Positions 46,623-57,135 are shown, numbered from the stretch's first letter. The stretch is 64,000 nt of DNA from an uncultured bacterium (GCA_964413275.1 CAYPSO010000002.1:25248-89247); one strand, 5' to 3'. The notes: generated by a model not told the origin, from the letters alone. Program-made: numbers and translations.

Positions 46623-49600
46623 TTAAACCTGTGATTTTGAATATCCTCCTCCACCCGGAGTTTCAATTACAAAAGTATCTCCTGTTTGCATTTCTACTGT
46701 GGCAGTACCCTTTAATTCTTCTAAATCACCATTATTTCTAATTACATAATTTCTGCCAGTTTGTCCGTTTTCACCTCCTTTTAATCCAAAAGGAGCAACA
46801 GTTCTACGACTAGATAAAATTCCAGCAGTCATTGGTTCTAAAAAACGTATTTTTCTAATAACTCCATTTCCACCAGAAAAAACTCCTTTTCCTCCACTAT
46901 TTTTACGAATAGAAAAGTTTTCTAATAATACAGGGTATCTCCATTCTAATACTTCTGGATCTGTTAAACGAGAATTAGTCATGTGAGTCTGTACTGCATC
47001 TGTACCATTAAAATTAAAACCTGCACCTGCACCACCACAAATTGTTTCGTAATACTGATATTTTTCATTGCCAAAAGTGAAGTTATTCATTGTACCTTGG
47101 GAAGCTGCTCTTACTCCTAAAGCTCCGTATAAACAATCAGTAATTAATTGGGAAGTTTCCACATTTCCAGCTACTACTGCGGCGGGATAAACAGGATTTA
47201 GCATACATCCTTCAGGAATAATAATTTCTAAAGGTTTTAAACATCCTGCATTGAGAGGAATATCATCATTTACTAAGGTTCTAAATACATATAAAACTGC
47301 TGCCTTACACACGGAAACTGGAGCATTAAAATTGTTTTTTAATTGAGGAGATGTGCCAGTAAAATCTATTTTTGCCGTTTGATTTGCCTTGTCAATTGTA
47401 ATGGTAACTTTAATGATTGCTCCTTGGTCTAATTCACAGGTAAAAGTGCCATCTGTAAGCACATCAATAACTTTTTTTACACATTCTGTTGCATTATTTT
47501 GTACGTAAATCATATAAGATTGAACGGTATTTAAGCCATAATGGTTAATCATATTATGTAGTTCTTGAACACCTTTTTCATTGGCAGCAATTTGTGCTTG
47601 TAAATCGGCAAGATTTTGATTTGGATTACGGGCAGGATAGGAATTATTAGTTAAAATTTCTAAAACTGATTGTTCTTGAAAAATACCTTCTTTAACTAAC
47701 TGAAAATGGTCAATTAATATTCCTTCTTGAGTAATATCTGTACTATGAGGTGGCATAGAACCCGGAGTAATTCCTCCAATGTCGGCATGGTGTCCGCGAG
47801 AAGCTACATAAAATACAGGTAAATTATTAGCAAGATTTTTAATAAAAATAGGTGTAATAACAGTAATATCGGGTAAGTGAGTACCGCCGTTATAGGGATT
47901 ATTTAACATATAAACATCCCCCGGTTTAAGACTATTTTTTTTACTTTTAATTAGACTACAAACACTATCACTCATTGACCCTAAATGTACGGGAATATGA
48001 GGAGCATTAGCTACTAATTGTCCATCACCACCAAAAATAGCACAGGAAAAATCTAATCTTTCTTTAATATTTACCGAATAGCTGGTATTTTGTAGGGTAG
48101 TTCCCATTTGTTCAGCGACGGAACGAAATAAGTTATTAAATATTTCTAATTTAACGGGATCTAATTTAATACTCTTATCTTGATTTTTATCAGTATCTTC
48201 TGTAAATATATGTTCGAGAATTAAATTATTGGTTGCAGCTATCTCAGCTTGCCAATGAGGTTCAATCACATTTGTTCCTGTGGTTTCAACTATTAAAGCT
48301 GGCCCGATAATTATATCTCCATTTTGTAAATTTTCTCGTTGATAAACTGGTACATCATACCAATTCTTTTTAGTGTAAATTGACACAGTTTCTAATATTT
48401 GAGGTGGTGTATTTCTAGTTTTGGTACTTGAAATTTTTTCTGGTTTATAAGTGGGACAAACTAACTCAACAAATACTGATTCAATTACTAACTGTTTCTC
48501 AGGAATAATAAAACCATATCTGTGTTTATGTATTTGTTCAAAATTGGTTCTAATGATCTGAATATCATCACTATATTTAACAGTTAAAGTGGAATCTGTA
48601 CCTTGATATTTAAGATGCAAATTATCAATAATTGTGATTGCGTCTATGTCTGTAATCTTAGTTTCCTGTTGAGCTAATTTTTCTTGACAAGTATGCCTCA
48701 AAACTTCTATAATTTTTTTACTTTGGGTAACTGTGTCTATTTTTAACTCTTGCTCTACGGCTTGCTCTTGGATAATACGAACTTCAGCCAATCCCATACC
48801 ATAAGCTGACAAGACTCCAGCATAGGGATGGATGAATATTTTTTTCATGCCCAAGGATTCAGCAATTAAACAGGCGTGTTGTCCGCCAGCACCACCGAAA
48901 CAACACAAAACATATTCTGAAACGTCATAACCTTTTTGTAGGGAGATTTTTTTAATGGCATTAGCCATTTTCTCCACTGCGATCGCTAAAAATCCGGCAG
49001 CTACTTCTACCTCGTTACGACCATCACCAATTTCTGCGGCTAATTGAGCAAACTTTTCTTTTACAATCTTCCCATTGAGGGGAGAATGGGCATCTAAACC
49101 AAAAACTTGGGGAAAAAATTGGGGTTGAAGTTTGCCCACCATCACATTACAATCTGTTACCGTTAATGGCCCATTTCGATCGTAACAACTAGGCCCCGGA
49201 TTCGCACCAGCCGAGTCAGGGCCTACCCGATACCTACCCCCATGATAGGATAAAATAGAACCTCCCCCTGCCGCAACGGTATGAATTGCCATCATCGGTG
49301 TACGCAATCTTACCCCGGCAATTTCAGTTTCCAGACTTCTTTCATATTCGCCAGCATAATGACTCACATCGGTGGAAGTACCACCCATATCAAAGCCGAT
49401 AATTTTACGAAAACCAGCTAATTCACAGGTCTTGACCGCACCAACAACACCCCCCGCAGGGCCAGATAAAATGCTATCCTTACCCTGAAATATCTCTGCA
49501 TCTGCTAAACCGCCATTGGACTGCATAAACATCAACTTAGGACATTGATGTTTATGGCTTAAATTGGCTTTCACCTGATTGACATAACGTTTCAAAATAG

Positions 49601-50255
49601 GAGATAAATAGGCATCCACTACAGTAGTATCTCCACGACTGACTAGCTTCATTAAAGGACTAACCTGATGGGATACAGAAATATGGGTAAAATTAATCTC
49701 TGAGGCGATTTGAGCAATTTGTTGTTCGTGATGTGGATAACGATAGCCGTGCATCAAAACAATAGCGCAACTACGAATCCCAGAATTATAAGCACCTTGT
49801 AATTCTTCTCTGACATGATCGAGATTAAGGGATATTAGTTCATTACCCTGTGCGTCGTAGCGTGCATCAACTTCTATCACTTGCTGATAAAGCATCTCTG
49901 GTAATATGATTTCTTGGGCAAATAAATCAGGACGATTTTGATAACCTATACGTAAAGCATCTTGAAAACCTTGATTAATAACTAAAACAACAGCTTCTCC
50001 TCTTCTTTCTAACAGGGCATTAGTAGCAACTGTTGTCCCCATTTTAACCACTTCAATCTCATCTGCTGGTATAGGTGCATTTTGAGATATGCCCAGTATG
50101 TTCCTAATTCCTTGGACAGGAGCATCTGGATATTGTTCGGGGTTTTCTGACAATAATTTATCTACGAAAATACTACCATCAGGAGCTTTAGCAACTACAT
50201 CAGTAAATGTTCCCCCTCGATCTATCCAAAATTGCCAACCTTTTGTTAATTTCAT
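46623..50255 (-). CDS. ATP-dependent 5-oxoprolinase / fused hydantoinase A-B
   Basis: 1210-aa single polypeptide. N-terminal HyuA part ([23 protein letters not shown]) and C-terminal HyuB part ([17 protein letters not shown]). Confidence 0.9.
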   Translation of the reverse strand: MKLTKGWQFWIDRGGTFTDVVAKAPDGSIFVDKLLSENPEQYPDAPVQGIRNILGISQNAPIPADEIEVVKMGTTVATNALLERRGEAVVLVINQGFQDALRIGYQNRPDLFAQEIILPEMLYQQVIEVDARYDAQGNELISLNLDHVREELQGAYNSGIRSCAIVLMHGYRYPHHEQQIAQIASEINFTHISVSHQVSPLMKLVSRGDTTVVDAYLSPILKRYVNQVKANLSHKHQCPKLMFMQSNGGLADAEIFQGKDSILSGPAGGVVGAVKTCELAGFRKIIGFDMGGTSTDVSHYAGEYERSLETEIAGVRLRTPMMAIHTVAAGGGSILSYHGGRYRVGPDSAGANPGPSCYDRNGPLTVTDCNVMVGKLQPQFFPQVFGLDAHSPLNGKIVKEKFAQLAAEIGDGRNEVEVAAGFLAIAVEKMANAIKKISLQKGYDVSEYVLCCFGGAGGQHACLIAESLGMKKIFIHPYAGVLSAYGMGLAEVRIIQEQAVEQELKIDTVTQSKKIIEVLRHTCQEKLAQQETKITDIDAITIIDNLHLKYQGTDSTLTVKYSDDIQIIRTNFEQIHKHRYGFIIPEKQLVIESVFVELVCPTYKPEKISSTKTRNTPPQILETVSIYTKKNWYDVPVYQRENLQNGDIIIGPALIVETTGTNVIEPHWQAEIAATNNLILEHIFTEDTDKNQDKSIKLDPVKLEIFNNLFRSVAEQMGTTLQNTSYSVNIKERLDFSCAIFGGDGQLVANAPHIPVHLGSMSDSVCSLIKSKKNSLKPGDVYMLNNPYNGGTHLPDITVITPIFIKNLANNLPVFYVASRGHHADIGGITPGSMPPHSTDITQEGILIDHFQLVKEGIFQEQSVLEILTNNSYPARNPNQNLADLQAQIAANEKGVQELHNMINHYGLNTVQSYMIYVQNNATECVKKVIDVLTDGTFTCELDQGAIIKVTITIDKANQTAKIDFTGTSPQLKNNFNAPVSVCKAAVLYVFRTLVNDDIPLNAGCLKPLEIIIPEGCMLNPVYPAAVVAGNVETSQLITDCLYGALGVRAASQGTMNNFTFGNEKYQYYETICGGAGAGFNFNGTDAVQTHMTNSRLTDPEVLEWRYPVLLENFSIRKNSGGKGVFSGGNGVIRKIRFLEPMTAGILSSRRTVAPFGLKGGENGQTGRNYVIRNNGDLEELKGTATVEMQTGDTFVIETPGGGGYSKSQV

Positions 50256-50297
50256 AGTAAGCTGAAGCTAAACTTTCTTGAATTTTAAGCGAAATTG

Positions 50298-51314
50298 ATG
50301 AATTTTGGTCAATGGCTTGGTTTAATTAGCCTTACTATTTCCTTTTATATTCTCTGGCAGATTCGTCAAATCCTTTTATTGCTTTTCACTGCCGTAGTTT
50401 TAGCTACTGCTTTAAATCGTTTAGTTTGTCAATTACAACGGTTTAATATAAAACGTAAATTTGCTATTCCCTTAACTCTTACAGGCATTTTTTTATTAGC
50501 TATTATTTTCTTTAATTTAGTTATTCCTCCTTTTATCGAACAATTTCAAGAGTTACTTAAATTGATACCTAAAGGCTTTGAACAATTATATTCTAAGCTT
50601 AAAGATTTAGAGTCTCAAAATTTTGACTGGTTGCCATCTTTACCTTCTTTCACAGAAATCATTAATCAATTACAATTATCTGATATTTTTCAAAATTTTG
50701 TTTCGTTTTTTTCTAATTCTTTAAATGTTTTTTTGCAGGTATTATTAATATTAGTTTTGACGGTAATGCTCTTGTCTAATCCTCCTGCTTATCGGCGAGT
50801 ATTTCTGTTATTATTTCCATCGTTTTATCGTCGTCGTGCTGACATAATTCTAAATGAATGTGAGTTAGCTTTAGGTAATTGGTTAACGGGAATTACGATT
50901 AATTGTCTTTTTATTGGTATATCTTGTGGGCTTGGTTTATGGATTTTACAAATTCGTTTAGTATTAGCCCATGCTTTAATTGCGGGGATTCTCAATTTTA
51001 TTCCTAATATTGGGCCTGCTACCAGTGTTATTTTTCCTTTAATGATTGCCTTATTAGATGAACCTTGGAAAATACTTCCTATTTTTATTTGGTATTTTAT
51101 TGTTCAGAATATAGAAAGTTATTGGTTATCGCCAATTGTTATGGCTAAACAAGTTTCTCTTTTGCCTGCGGTGACATTATCTGCACAAATTTTTTGTGCT
51201 ACTACTTTAGGGTTACTCGGTTTAATATTAGCTTTACCATTAACTGTGGTTACAAAAACTTGGATTGATGACTTGTTATTTGAGGATATTCTTGATAAAT
51301 GGAAAAAAAATTAA
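50298..51314 (+). CDS. AI-2E family transporter (PerM/UPF0118 permease)
   Basis: Multi-TM protein with the family's C-terminal block (LNFIPNIGP...ESYWLSP.VM). ATG 50298 sits directly after the track's TTG. Confidence 0.85.
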   Translation: MNFGQWLGLISLTISFYILWQIRQILLLLFTAVVLATALNRLVCQLQRFNIKRKFAIPLTLTGIFLLAIIFFNLVIPPFIEQFQELLKLIPKGFEQLYSKLKDLESQNFDWLPSLPSFTEIINQLQLSDIFQNFVSFFSNSLNVFLQVLLILVLTVMLLSNPPAYRRVFLLLFPSFYRRRADIILNECELALGNWLTGITINCLFIGISCGLGLWILQIRLVLAHALIAGILNFIPNIGPATSVIFPLMIALLDEPWKILPIFIWYFIVQNIESYWLSPIVMAKQVSLLPAVTLSAQIFCATTLGLLGLILALPLTVVTKTWIDDLLFEDILDKWKKN

Positions 51315-51728
51315 ATTCAATCAAAAAATTAACTTTAAGAGGATATTTTTAACAATTATTAAGCCTAATAAAATAATCAAAAAATATCTACTACGCTTTA
51401 TTGACTAGGGTATTCTCAATAATATTCGTTATTGATACATAAATAATCATAAAATTACTGTTATTTGTACTTGTACACCAGTCGTAAGATAAAAATCAAG
51501 AAACAACATAATCTATGTTAGGATGTTAAGTAAAAGAAAAAGTAACAAAAAATAAACAAGAAACAAACTTCAGAGCTAAAAGTGTCTGGTTATAATTACC
51601 AAAGTTGAAGCTTCTGACACAAAAATGATAATATAAGGTTCGGTTATGTTTCTGGTACTCCTAAAAACTTTATAATTTTTAGGTATAGTCCCAAATATTT
51701 TTGTGGGAATCATAATAGGGAGATAATA

Positions 51729-51887
51729 GTGGCTAAACGTCGAAATCTAAAAAAAGAAAAAGCAGCTCGCAATCAAGCTTATGCTCGTCAGTTTCGTAAA
51801 ATGTCTTCTCGTTTTGGGAAGAATAATAGAAGCTTTAGTAGAAATAATAATCAGCAAGCCGCCCAATCTGAGAAAGAAGAAGATTAG
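51729..51887 (+). CDS. Unlisted small basic protein (52 aa)
   Basis: GTG 51729 preceded by GGGAG 7 nt upstream. Product VAKRRNLKKEKAARNQAYARQFRKMSSRFGKNNRSFSRNNNQQAAQSEKEED. Below the track's length cut-off. It is the only ORF with an SD-like sequence that I found in the 1-kb spacer. Confidence 0.45.
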   Translation: MAKRRNLKKEKAARNQAYARQFRKMSSRFGKNNRSFSRNNNQQAAQSEKEED

Positions 51888-52322
51888 AACTCTACTAATA
51901 CCTACTCTTACAGAGGCGTAAAGTTTGTTGTTGAATTATTTAACGACTATTCCGACAATATGTGGTAAACTGTATATTTGATTACAAAAATCTAAGTGGT
52001 GGGCTAAGGCGTATTGATACATTCGGATTTATTTTAGAAATGAACGATTTACTCGCTCGCAACGTCTCTTATATCGAGCTTGGCTGAGATGAAGTAAGTT
52101 GAAGTTTAAATGCTTGTCATTGCCTAGCCTACCCTATTAAATTAACTAAAACTATTTTTTTAAAATCAATCTTTTGTAAAATTAATTATCTTAAATATTT
52201 AGTTTTACATAATATTAATAATCATAAAAATGTAACTTTAGCTATCATAAAAGCTTGGGAAAAATAAAAAGTTATAGCTAAAGTATAAGCCCATAAACTA
52301 GACAATAAAAAGATAACATAAA

Positions 52323-52350
52323 AGCTAACAGCTAAGAGCTAACAGCTAAA
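52323..52350. repeat. Heptanucleotide repeat (AGCTAAC)x4 abutting the rsmD start codon
   Basis: AGCTAAC AGCTAAG AGCTAAC AGCTAAA. The final A is the A of ATG 52350. Confidence 0.8.
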
Positions 52351-52898
52351 TGATTATGAGAATTTATGGGAATAGAGAATTAAAAACCGCATCAGGACAA
52401 GAAACAAGACCAACTACCGCTAAAGTTAGAGAAGCCCTATTTAATATTTGGCAAGGTAGAATAGAAGAGTGTCGCTGGTTAGATTTGTGTGCCGGTAATG
52501 GGATTATGGGAGGAGAAGCCTTGTGCCGAGGTGCGGACCTTGTGATTGGGATTGAAAAAAACCATCGAGCTTGTCAGATTATTAGGCAAAATTGGCAGAA
52601 ATTAGCCCAACCAGAACAAAAATTTCAAATCTTGAAAGGAGATGTGATTACTAAAATCAAAAGTTTAGCCGGACAAAAATTCGATTTAATTTACTTCGAT
52701 CCACCTTATGATAGTAAATTATATCAACCAACCTTAGAGGCGATCGCCCAATATTCCCTACTTACTTCTATTGGTGAAATTGCCGTCGAACACGATCCTA
52801 AATATTGGCAAACACAGGAAATCGAAGGTTTGGAAATCTGTCGTCAAAAAAATTATAGTAACACTAGCTTAAGTTTTTATCAGGAGATAAACCATTGA
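52350..52898 (+). CDS. rsmD: 16S rRNA (guanine966-N2)-methyltransferase
   Basis: RPTTAKVREALFNIW N-terminal block and catalytic FDPPY motif. 182 aa. Confidence 0.88.
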   Translation: MIMRIYGNRELKTASGQETRPTTAKVREALFNIWQGRIEECRWLDLCAGNGIMGGEALCRGADLVIGIEKNHRACQIIRQNWQKLAQPEQKFQILKGDVITKIKSLAGQKFDLIYFDPPYDSKLYQPTLEAIAQYSLLTSIGEIAVEHDPKYWQTQEIEGLEICRQKNYSNTSLSFYQEINH

Positions 52899-53734
52899 AA
52901 AATCAAAATTATCCTAGTTGGCAACCACTTGTTGGCGGCTTAATTGCTGCTTTAATTGTATTAATTAGTTTTAATTCTTTTGTAATTATAAATCCCGGAC
53001 AAGCAGGAGTCCTCAGTATTTTAGGTAAAGCCCAAGATGGAGCATTACTCGAAGGTATCCATTTCAAACCTCCTTTTGTAACTAACGTTGATATTTATGA
53101 CGTAACAGTACAAAAATTTGAAGTTCCGGCCCAAAGTGCCACCAAAGATTTACAAGACCTTTCTGCGAGTTTTGCCATTAACTTTCGCCTCGATCCTGTT
53201 AAAGTTGTTGAGATTAGAAGAACACAAGGTTCATTACAAAATATAGTAGCTAAAATTATTGCTCCCCAAACCCAAGAATCCTTTAAAATTGCTGCCGCTA
53301 GAAGGACAGTAGAAGAAGCAATCACTAAAAGAACCGAATTAAAACAGGATTTTGATGACGCTCTTAATTCTCGTCTAGAAAAATACGGGATTATTGTCTT
53401 AGATACCAGCGTGGTAGATTTGAATTTCTCCCCTGAATTTGCCCGTGCAGTGGAAGATAAGCAAATTGCCGAACAAAAGGCACAAAGAGCCGTTTATATC
53501 GCTCAAGAAGCCGAACAAGAGGCACAGGCAGACATAAATCGAGCCCAAGGTAGAGCGGAAGCCCAAAGATTGCTGGCTGAAACCCTTAAAGCCCAAGGTG
53601 GTGAATTAGTTTTGCAAAAAGAAGCCATCGAAGCATGGAAAACAGGAGGCGCACAAATGCCTAAAGTTTTAGTTATGAGTGGTGATAATAAAAGTAATGT
53701 GCCATTTTTATTTAATCTTGGCGAAGTCAAGTAA
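52895..53734 (+). CDS. SPFH/band-7 (prohibitin-like) membrane protein
   Basis: N-terminal TM, SPFH domain (INPGQAGVLSILGK...) and a C-terminal Ala/Glu-rich coiled coil. The TTG start overlaps the rsmD stop (TTGA). Confidence 0.85.
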   Translation: MKNQNYPSWQPLVGGLIAALIVLISFNSFVIINPGQAGVLSILGKAQDGALLEGIHFKPPFVTNVDIYDVTVQKFEVPAQSATKDLQDLSASFAINFRLDPVKVVEIRRTQGSLQNIVAKIIAPQTQESFKIAAARRTVEEAITKRTELKQDFDDALNSRLEKYGIIVLDTSVVDLNFSPEFARAVEDKQIAEQKAQRAVYIAQEAEQEAQADINRAQGRAEAQRLLAETLKAQGGELVLQKEAIEAWKTGGAQMPKVLVMSGDNKSNVPFLFNLGEVK

Positions 53735-53790
53735 TTGATAAAGAAGACTTCTTATTTTCTCAATCCTTACATAGATGGGCAATATCCACC

Positions 53791-53821
53791 TTAATTAGAT
53801 CGGTTATACCGATCTAATTAA
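53791..53821 (+). terminator. Perfect 13-bp hairpin after the SPFH gene
   Basis: TTAATTAGATCGG / CCGATCTAATTAA (53791-53803 / 53809-53821) with a 5-nt loop, 57 nt after the stop. AT-rich stem with no clean U-run, so terminator function is tentative. Confidence 0.45.
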
Positions 53822-53870
53822 ATCTTGATTATGTATATCCTTAAAGGGAAGGTAAATTAGAGGAGAGTCG

Positions 53871-55286
53871 ATGAAAGTGCAAAATTGGTTAATGTCACCC
53901 CTTAGTAATTTATTTCCCGACAGAAAGGGGAATAAAACAGTTAACCAAACACATTTAGAAGCTTCTCGACAATGGTTTGGTGCGATCGCAGCCTTAGAAG
54001 AATTATTATTACCTTTAAATACAGAAAATACTTGTCAGGGAGTGATTTTAGCCTCACCTACCCCGGTATTAACCAATCAAAAATTAGCTTCCCTATTTCA
54101 CACAGGCATTTTTACCACAGAAGCTTATCCTGCACTGCTTCCTTGCCGATTGTCTGGGTCAAAAAGTTCAGTTGAAAATAATCATAATTCATCTATTATT
54201 TCTTTACCACTTTTTCCTAACGATCCTTTAACTCAGGAGCAATTTTGTTTAGTTTTTACTGCTAATTTTTCCTTATTATTATTGCTCGGAACTAACTCTC
54301 AAGGTTTACCTACTTTTAATTTTTCCTTCGATCCAGAATTAATCGGACAAAGTTGGGCTATTTTACGAAGTCGTTTGTTACTAACTAACCATCATAAATT
54401 ACAGCATTTTGATAATTTAATTGAAGAATTTTCATCACCTATACCTGACTATCGTTTAGTTACTCAATTTAGTCATAACTTATTAAATAATTTACCTAAT
54501 CTGATTTTACAAACTAAACCAGAAGTAATTGATATTAAAACAAATAATTTCAAACAAACTGAAGAATTAGCTTTAAATGAAAATCCAGAATTTGAATTAT
54601 TGCAAGCATTAACCCATGAAATTAGAACACCTTTAACTACTATTCGTACTTTAAGTAAATTATTACTGAAAAAAAGACGTAATTTAGCTGCTGATATAAT
54701 TAAAAGGATAGAATTAATTGAACAAGAATGTACAGAACAAATTAACCGCATGGAGTTGATTTTCAAAGCAGCAGAATTAAATAATAAAAACAAAAAAAAT
54801 CTTCAATTAGTATCTATTTCTTTAGAAGAACTTTTTCAACAAAGCATTCCTAAATGGCAAAAACAAGCAGAAAGACATAATATTATTTTAGATTTTGTTC
54901 TACCACAAAACCTACCTCAAGTTATTACAGATCCTGCCATGTTAGAACAAGTTTTAACGGGAATCATGGAGAAATTCACTCGTGGTTTATCTATGGGCGG
55001 ACGAATTCAAGTTGTCATCTCAATCGCCGGAAATCAACTCAAATTACAACTTTTATCTCAAGGTAAATATAGTTGTAATAATCCTCTAAAATCCCTTGGT
55101 CAATTATTAATGTTTCAGCCAGAAACTGGTAGTCTTAGCCTTAATTTAGATGTGACTAAAAATATGTTTCAAGCATTAGGAGGCAAATTAATTATTAAGC
55201 AAAAACAAAATCGTAACAAGGAAGTATTTACTATATTTTTACCTTTAAATAAAGCTAAATCTGAAGTTGACTATTATTCTGTATAG
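53871..55286 (+). CDS. Histidine-kinase-like protein with intact H-box but degenerate ATPase domain
   Basis: HisKA H-box LTHEIRTPLTTI. The C-terminal region aligns positionally with HATPase_c but lacks recognisable N, G1 (DxGxG) and G2 (GxGLG) boxes. The N-terminal ~230 aa are unknown. Confidence 0.7.
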   Translation: MKVQNWLMSPLSNLFPDRKGNKTVNQTHLEASRQWFGAIAALEELLLPLNTENTCQGVILASPTPVLTNQKLASLFHTGIFTTEAYPALLPCRLSGSKSSVENNHNSSIISLPLFPNDPLTQEQFCLVFTANFSLLLLLGTNSQGLPTFNFSFDPELIGQSWAILRSRLLLTNHHKLQHFDNLIEEFSSPIPDYRLVTQFSHNLLNNLPNLILQTKPEVIDIKTNNFKQTEELALNENPEFELLQALTHEIRTPLTTIRTLSKLLLKKRRNLAADIIKRIELIEQECTEQINRMELIFKAAELNNKNKKNLQLVSISLEELFQQSIPKWQKQAERHNIILDFVLPQNLPQVITDPAMLEQVLTGIMEKFTRGLSMGGRIQVVISIAGNQLKLQLLSQGKYSCNNPLKSLGQLLMFQPETGSLSLNLDVTKNMFQALGGKLIIKQKQNRNKEVFTIFLPLNKAKSEVDYYSV

Positions 55287-55332
55287 AAATATTATTTAGC
55301 GGTTAGCTTGAAATTAGTTAAAAAATAACATA

Positions 55333-55779
55333 ATGACAAAACCAAAAAGACCGTTTTCAGAAGAAGAATTTAAGCAAATATATTCTAAAGTTCCTAGAAT
55401 TACCGTAGAAATTGTTATTCAAACCGATTCAGGAATAGTAATGACTCATCGTAAACAAGCATCTTGGCATAATCTATGGCATATTCCCGGATGCACTCTT
55501 TATTATCAAGAAACTATTGATAATGCTATTAAAAGACTTGCTGATGAAGAATTAGGAATTAGTGTAATTAAACAAAAATTTTTGCAATATATAGAATATT
55601 TTAGCGAACAAAAATATCGGGGTTTTGGTGCAAGTATCGGCTTAATATTTTTATGTACAACAAATGATGAATTACCATCAGTAAATGAAGCAGGAGAAGT
55701 AGTTGATGTTTTTACAAATATTCCCGAAAATATCGTTCCCGAACATCGTATAATATTAAAAAAAATATTATCTGTATAA
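55333..55779 (+). CDS. NUDIX-fold hydrolase (GDP-mannose mannosyl hydrolase-like, atypical Nudix box)
   Basis: FSEEEFKQIYSKVP..VEIVI...WHIPGCTLYYQETIDNAIKRLADEELGI parallels NudD-type proteins. The Nudix box deviates from GX5EX7REUXEEXGU. Confidence 0.65.
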   Translation: MTKPKRPFSEEEFKQIYSKVPRITVEIVIQTDSGIVMTHRKQASWHNLWHIPGCTLYYQETIDNAIKRLADEELGISVIKQKFLQYIEYFSEQKYRGFGASIGLIFLCTTNDELPSVNEAGEVVDVFTNIPENIVPEHRIILKKILSV

Positions 55780-55782
55780 GCT

Positions 55783-55890
55783 ATGGTTAAAATTATTAGT
55801 TGTCAATCATTAGGATTACAAAAAGTATATGATATTGGTGTAGTTAAAGACCATAATTTTCTCTTAGCTAATGGTGTAGTTGCTTCCAAT
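55783..55890 (+). other. Split-intein C-fragment (IntC) of DnaE
   Basis: 36 codons ending in the catalytic Asn (AAT 55888-55890), followed immediately by the +1 Cys (TGT 55891-55893). Confidence 0.9.
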
Positions 55891-57135
55891 TGTTTTAATA
55901 AATCTCATTCCACTGCGTATGCTTATGTCACTTATCAAACTGCTTATTTAAAAGCAAATTACCCTACAGAATATATGACAGCTTTATTAAGCGCAAGTAG
56001 TGGTAATACCGATAAAATTGAAAAATATCGGGAAAATTGCGAACGCATGGGCATTAGAGTTCAACCACCAAATATAAATCGTTCCCAATTAGATTTTACT
56101 CCTGATGGTAATAATATTTTGTTTGGTTTATCAGCTATTAAAAATTTAGGAGATAACGCCATAGAAAATATTATCAAAGCTAGAGAAAAAGTAGGAGGAA
56201 AGTTTAAATCTTTTGCTGAGTTTTGTAGTAATATTGATTTAAAAGTTGTTACAAAAAGAGCTTTAGAACCTTTGATTTATTCGGGTGCTTTTGATGAAAT
56301 TGAACCTAATAGAAATCAGTTACTTGAAGATGTAAAACTGATGATTCCTTGGGTACAAAATAAAATCAAGGAAAAAGAGCAGGGGCAAATGAATATTTTT
56401 GATATGCTCGCCCCAAATCCTGATAATAAAAATGACGATCACATTATTTTTGATGAAGCTCCTAAAGCTCCCTCAGTTCCAGATTTTCCCCTCAAAGAAA
56501 AATTAAAATTAGAAAAGGAATATTTGGGTTTTTATGTCTCCGAACATCCTTTAAAATCTTTACAAGAAAGTGCCAGAGTTTTATCACCAATAAATTTAGA
56601 TCAGTTAAGCGAACAAAAATCTAGAAAAAAAATTAGCTGCGTAGTTGTTTTAACTTCTTATAAAAAACATATTACTAAAAATGGCGATCCTATGGCTTTT
56701 TTACAACTAGAAGATGCAACTACTACAGCAGAGGGAATTGTGTTTCCTAGTACCTACGAACAAGTAAGTGAATTTTTAGTAGAAGATAATCAATTAATTG
56801 TTTGGGGAAAAGTACAAAAAAAAGATGATAAAACCCAATTAATTATAGATGATATTCAAGCCATTGAAAAAATTAAATTAGTCATAGTAGAATTATCTGT
56901 AGAACAAGCAATGGATAGACACAAATTACAGAGTTTACAAGGAATTATTCAAGAATATTCTGGAGAAAAAAATAAATCTAAAATACCCGTAATTGCTAAA
57001 ATTAAATCAGATAACTCTAGTCAGTTTATACGTTTAGGAGAAGATTTTTGGGTACAAAATGCTGAAGCAGTTAAAAATGCCCTTAATAATGTTGATTTTA
57101 GAGCCGATTTACAACCTTTAATTTATAAAAAATAA
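55783..57135 (+). CDS. dnaE: DNA polymerase III alpha subunit, C-terminal split-gene product (IntC + C-extein)
   Basis: The first 36 aa, MVKIISCQSLGLQKVYDIGVVKDHNFLLANGVVASN, match the cyanobacterial DnaE split-intein C-fragment. They are followed by the C-extein CFNKSHSTAYAYVTYQTAYLKANYP... Confidence 0.93.
   Translation: MVKIISCQSLGLQKVYDIGVVKDHNFLLANGVVASNCFNKSHSTAYAYVTYQTAYLKANYPTEYMTALLSASSGNTDKIEKYRENCERMGIRVQPPNINRSQLDFTPDGNNILFGLSAIKNLGDNAIENIIKAREKVGGKFKSFAEFCSNIDLKVVTKRALEPLIYSGAFDEIEPNRNQLLEDVKLMIPWVQNKIKEKEQGQMNIFDMLAPNPDNKNDDHIIFDEAPKAPSVPDFPLKEKLKLEKEYLGFYVSEHPLKSLQESARVLSPINLDQLSEQKSRKKISCVVVLTSYKKHITKNGDPMAFLQLEDATTTAEGIVFPSTYEQVSEFLVEDNQLIVWGKVQKKDDKTQLIIDDIQAIEKIKLVIVELSVEQAMDRHKLQSLQGIIQEYSGEKNKSKIPVIAKIKSDNSSQFIRLGEDFWVQNAEAVKNALNNVDFRADLQPLIYKK

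Noticed and set aside
51897-51909. 13-nt match ACTCTTACAGAGG shared with the ChlH-like leader copy (60324-60336)
   Set aside because: A single 13-mer match in 64 kb of AT-biased sequence is within chance expectation. No extended similarity surrounds it.
53095-53730. Minus-strand ORFs 53095..53325, 53399..53596 and 53503..53730
   Set aside because: They lie antisense within the SPFH gene. The Ala/Glu-rich coiled-coil coding region creates stop-poor antisense frames.
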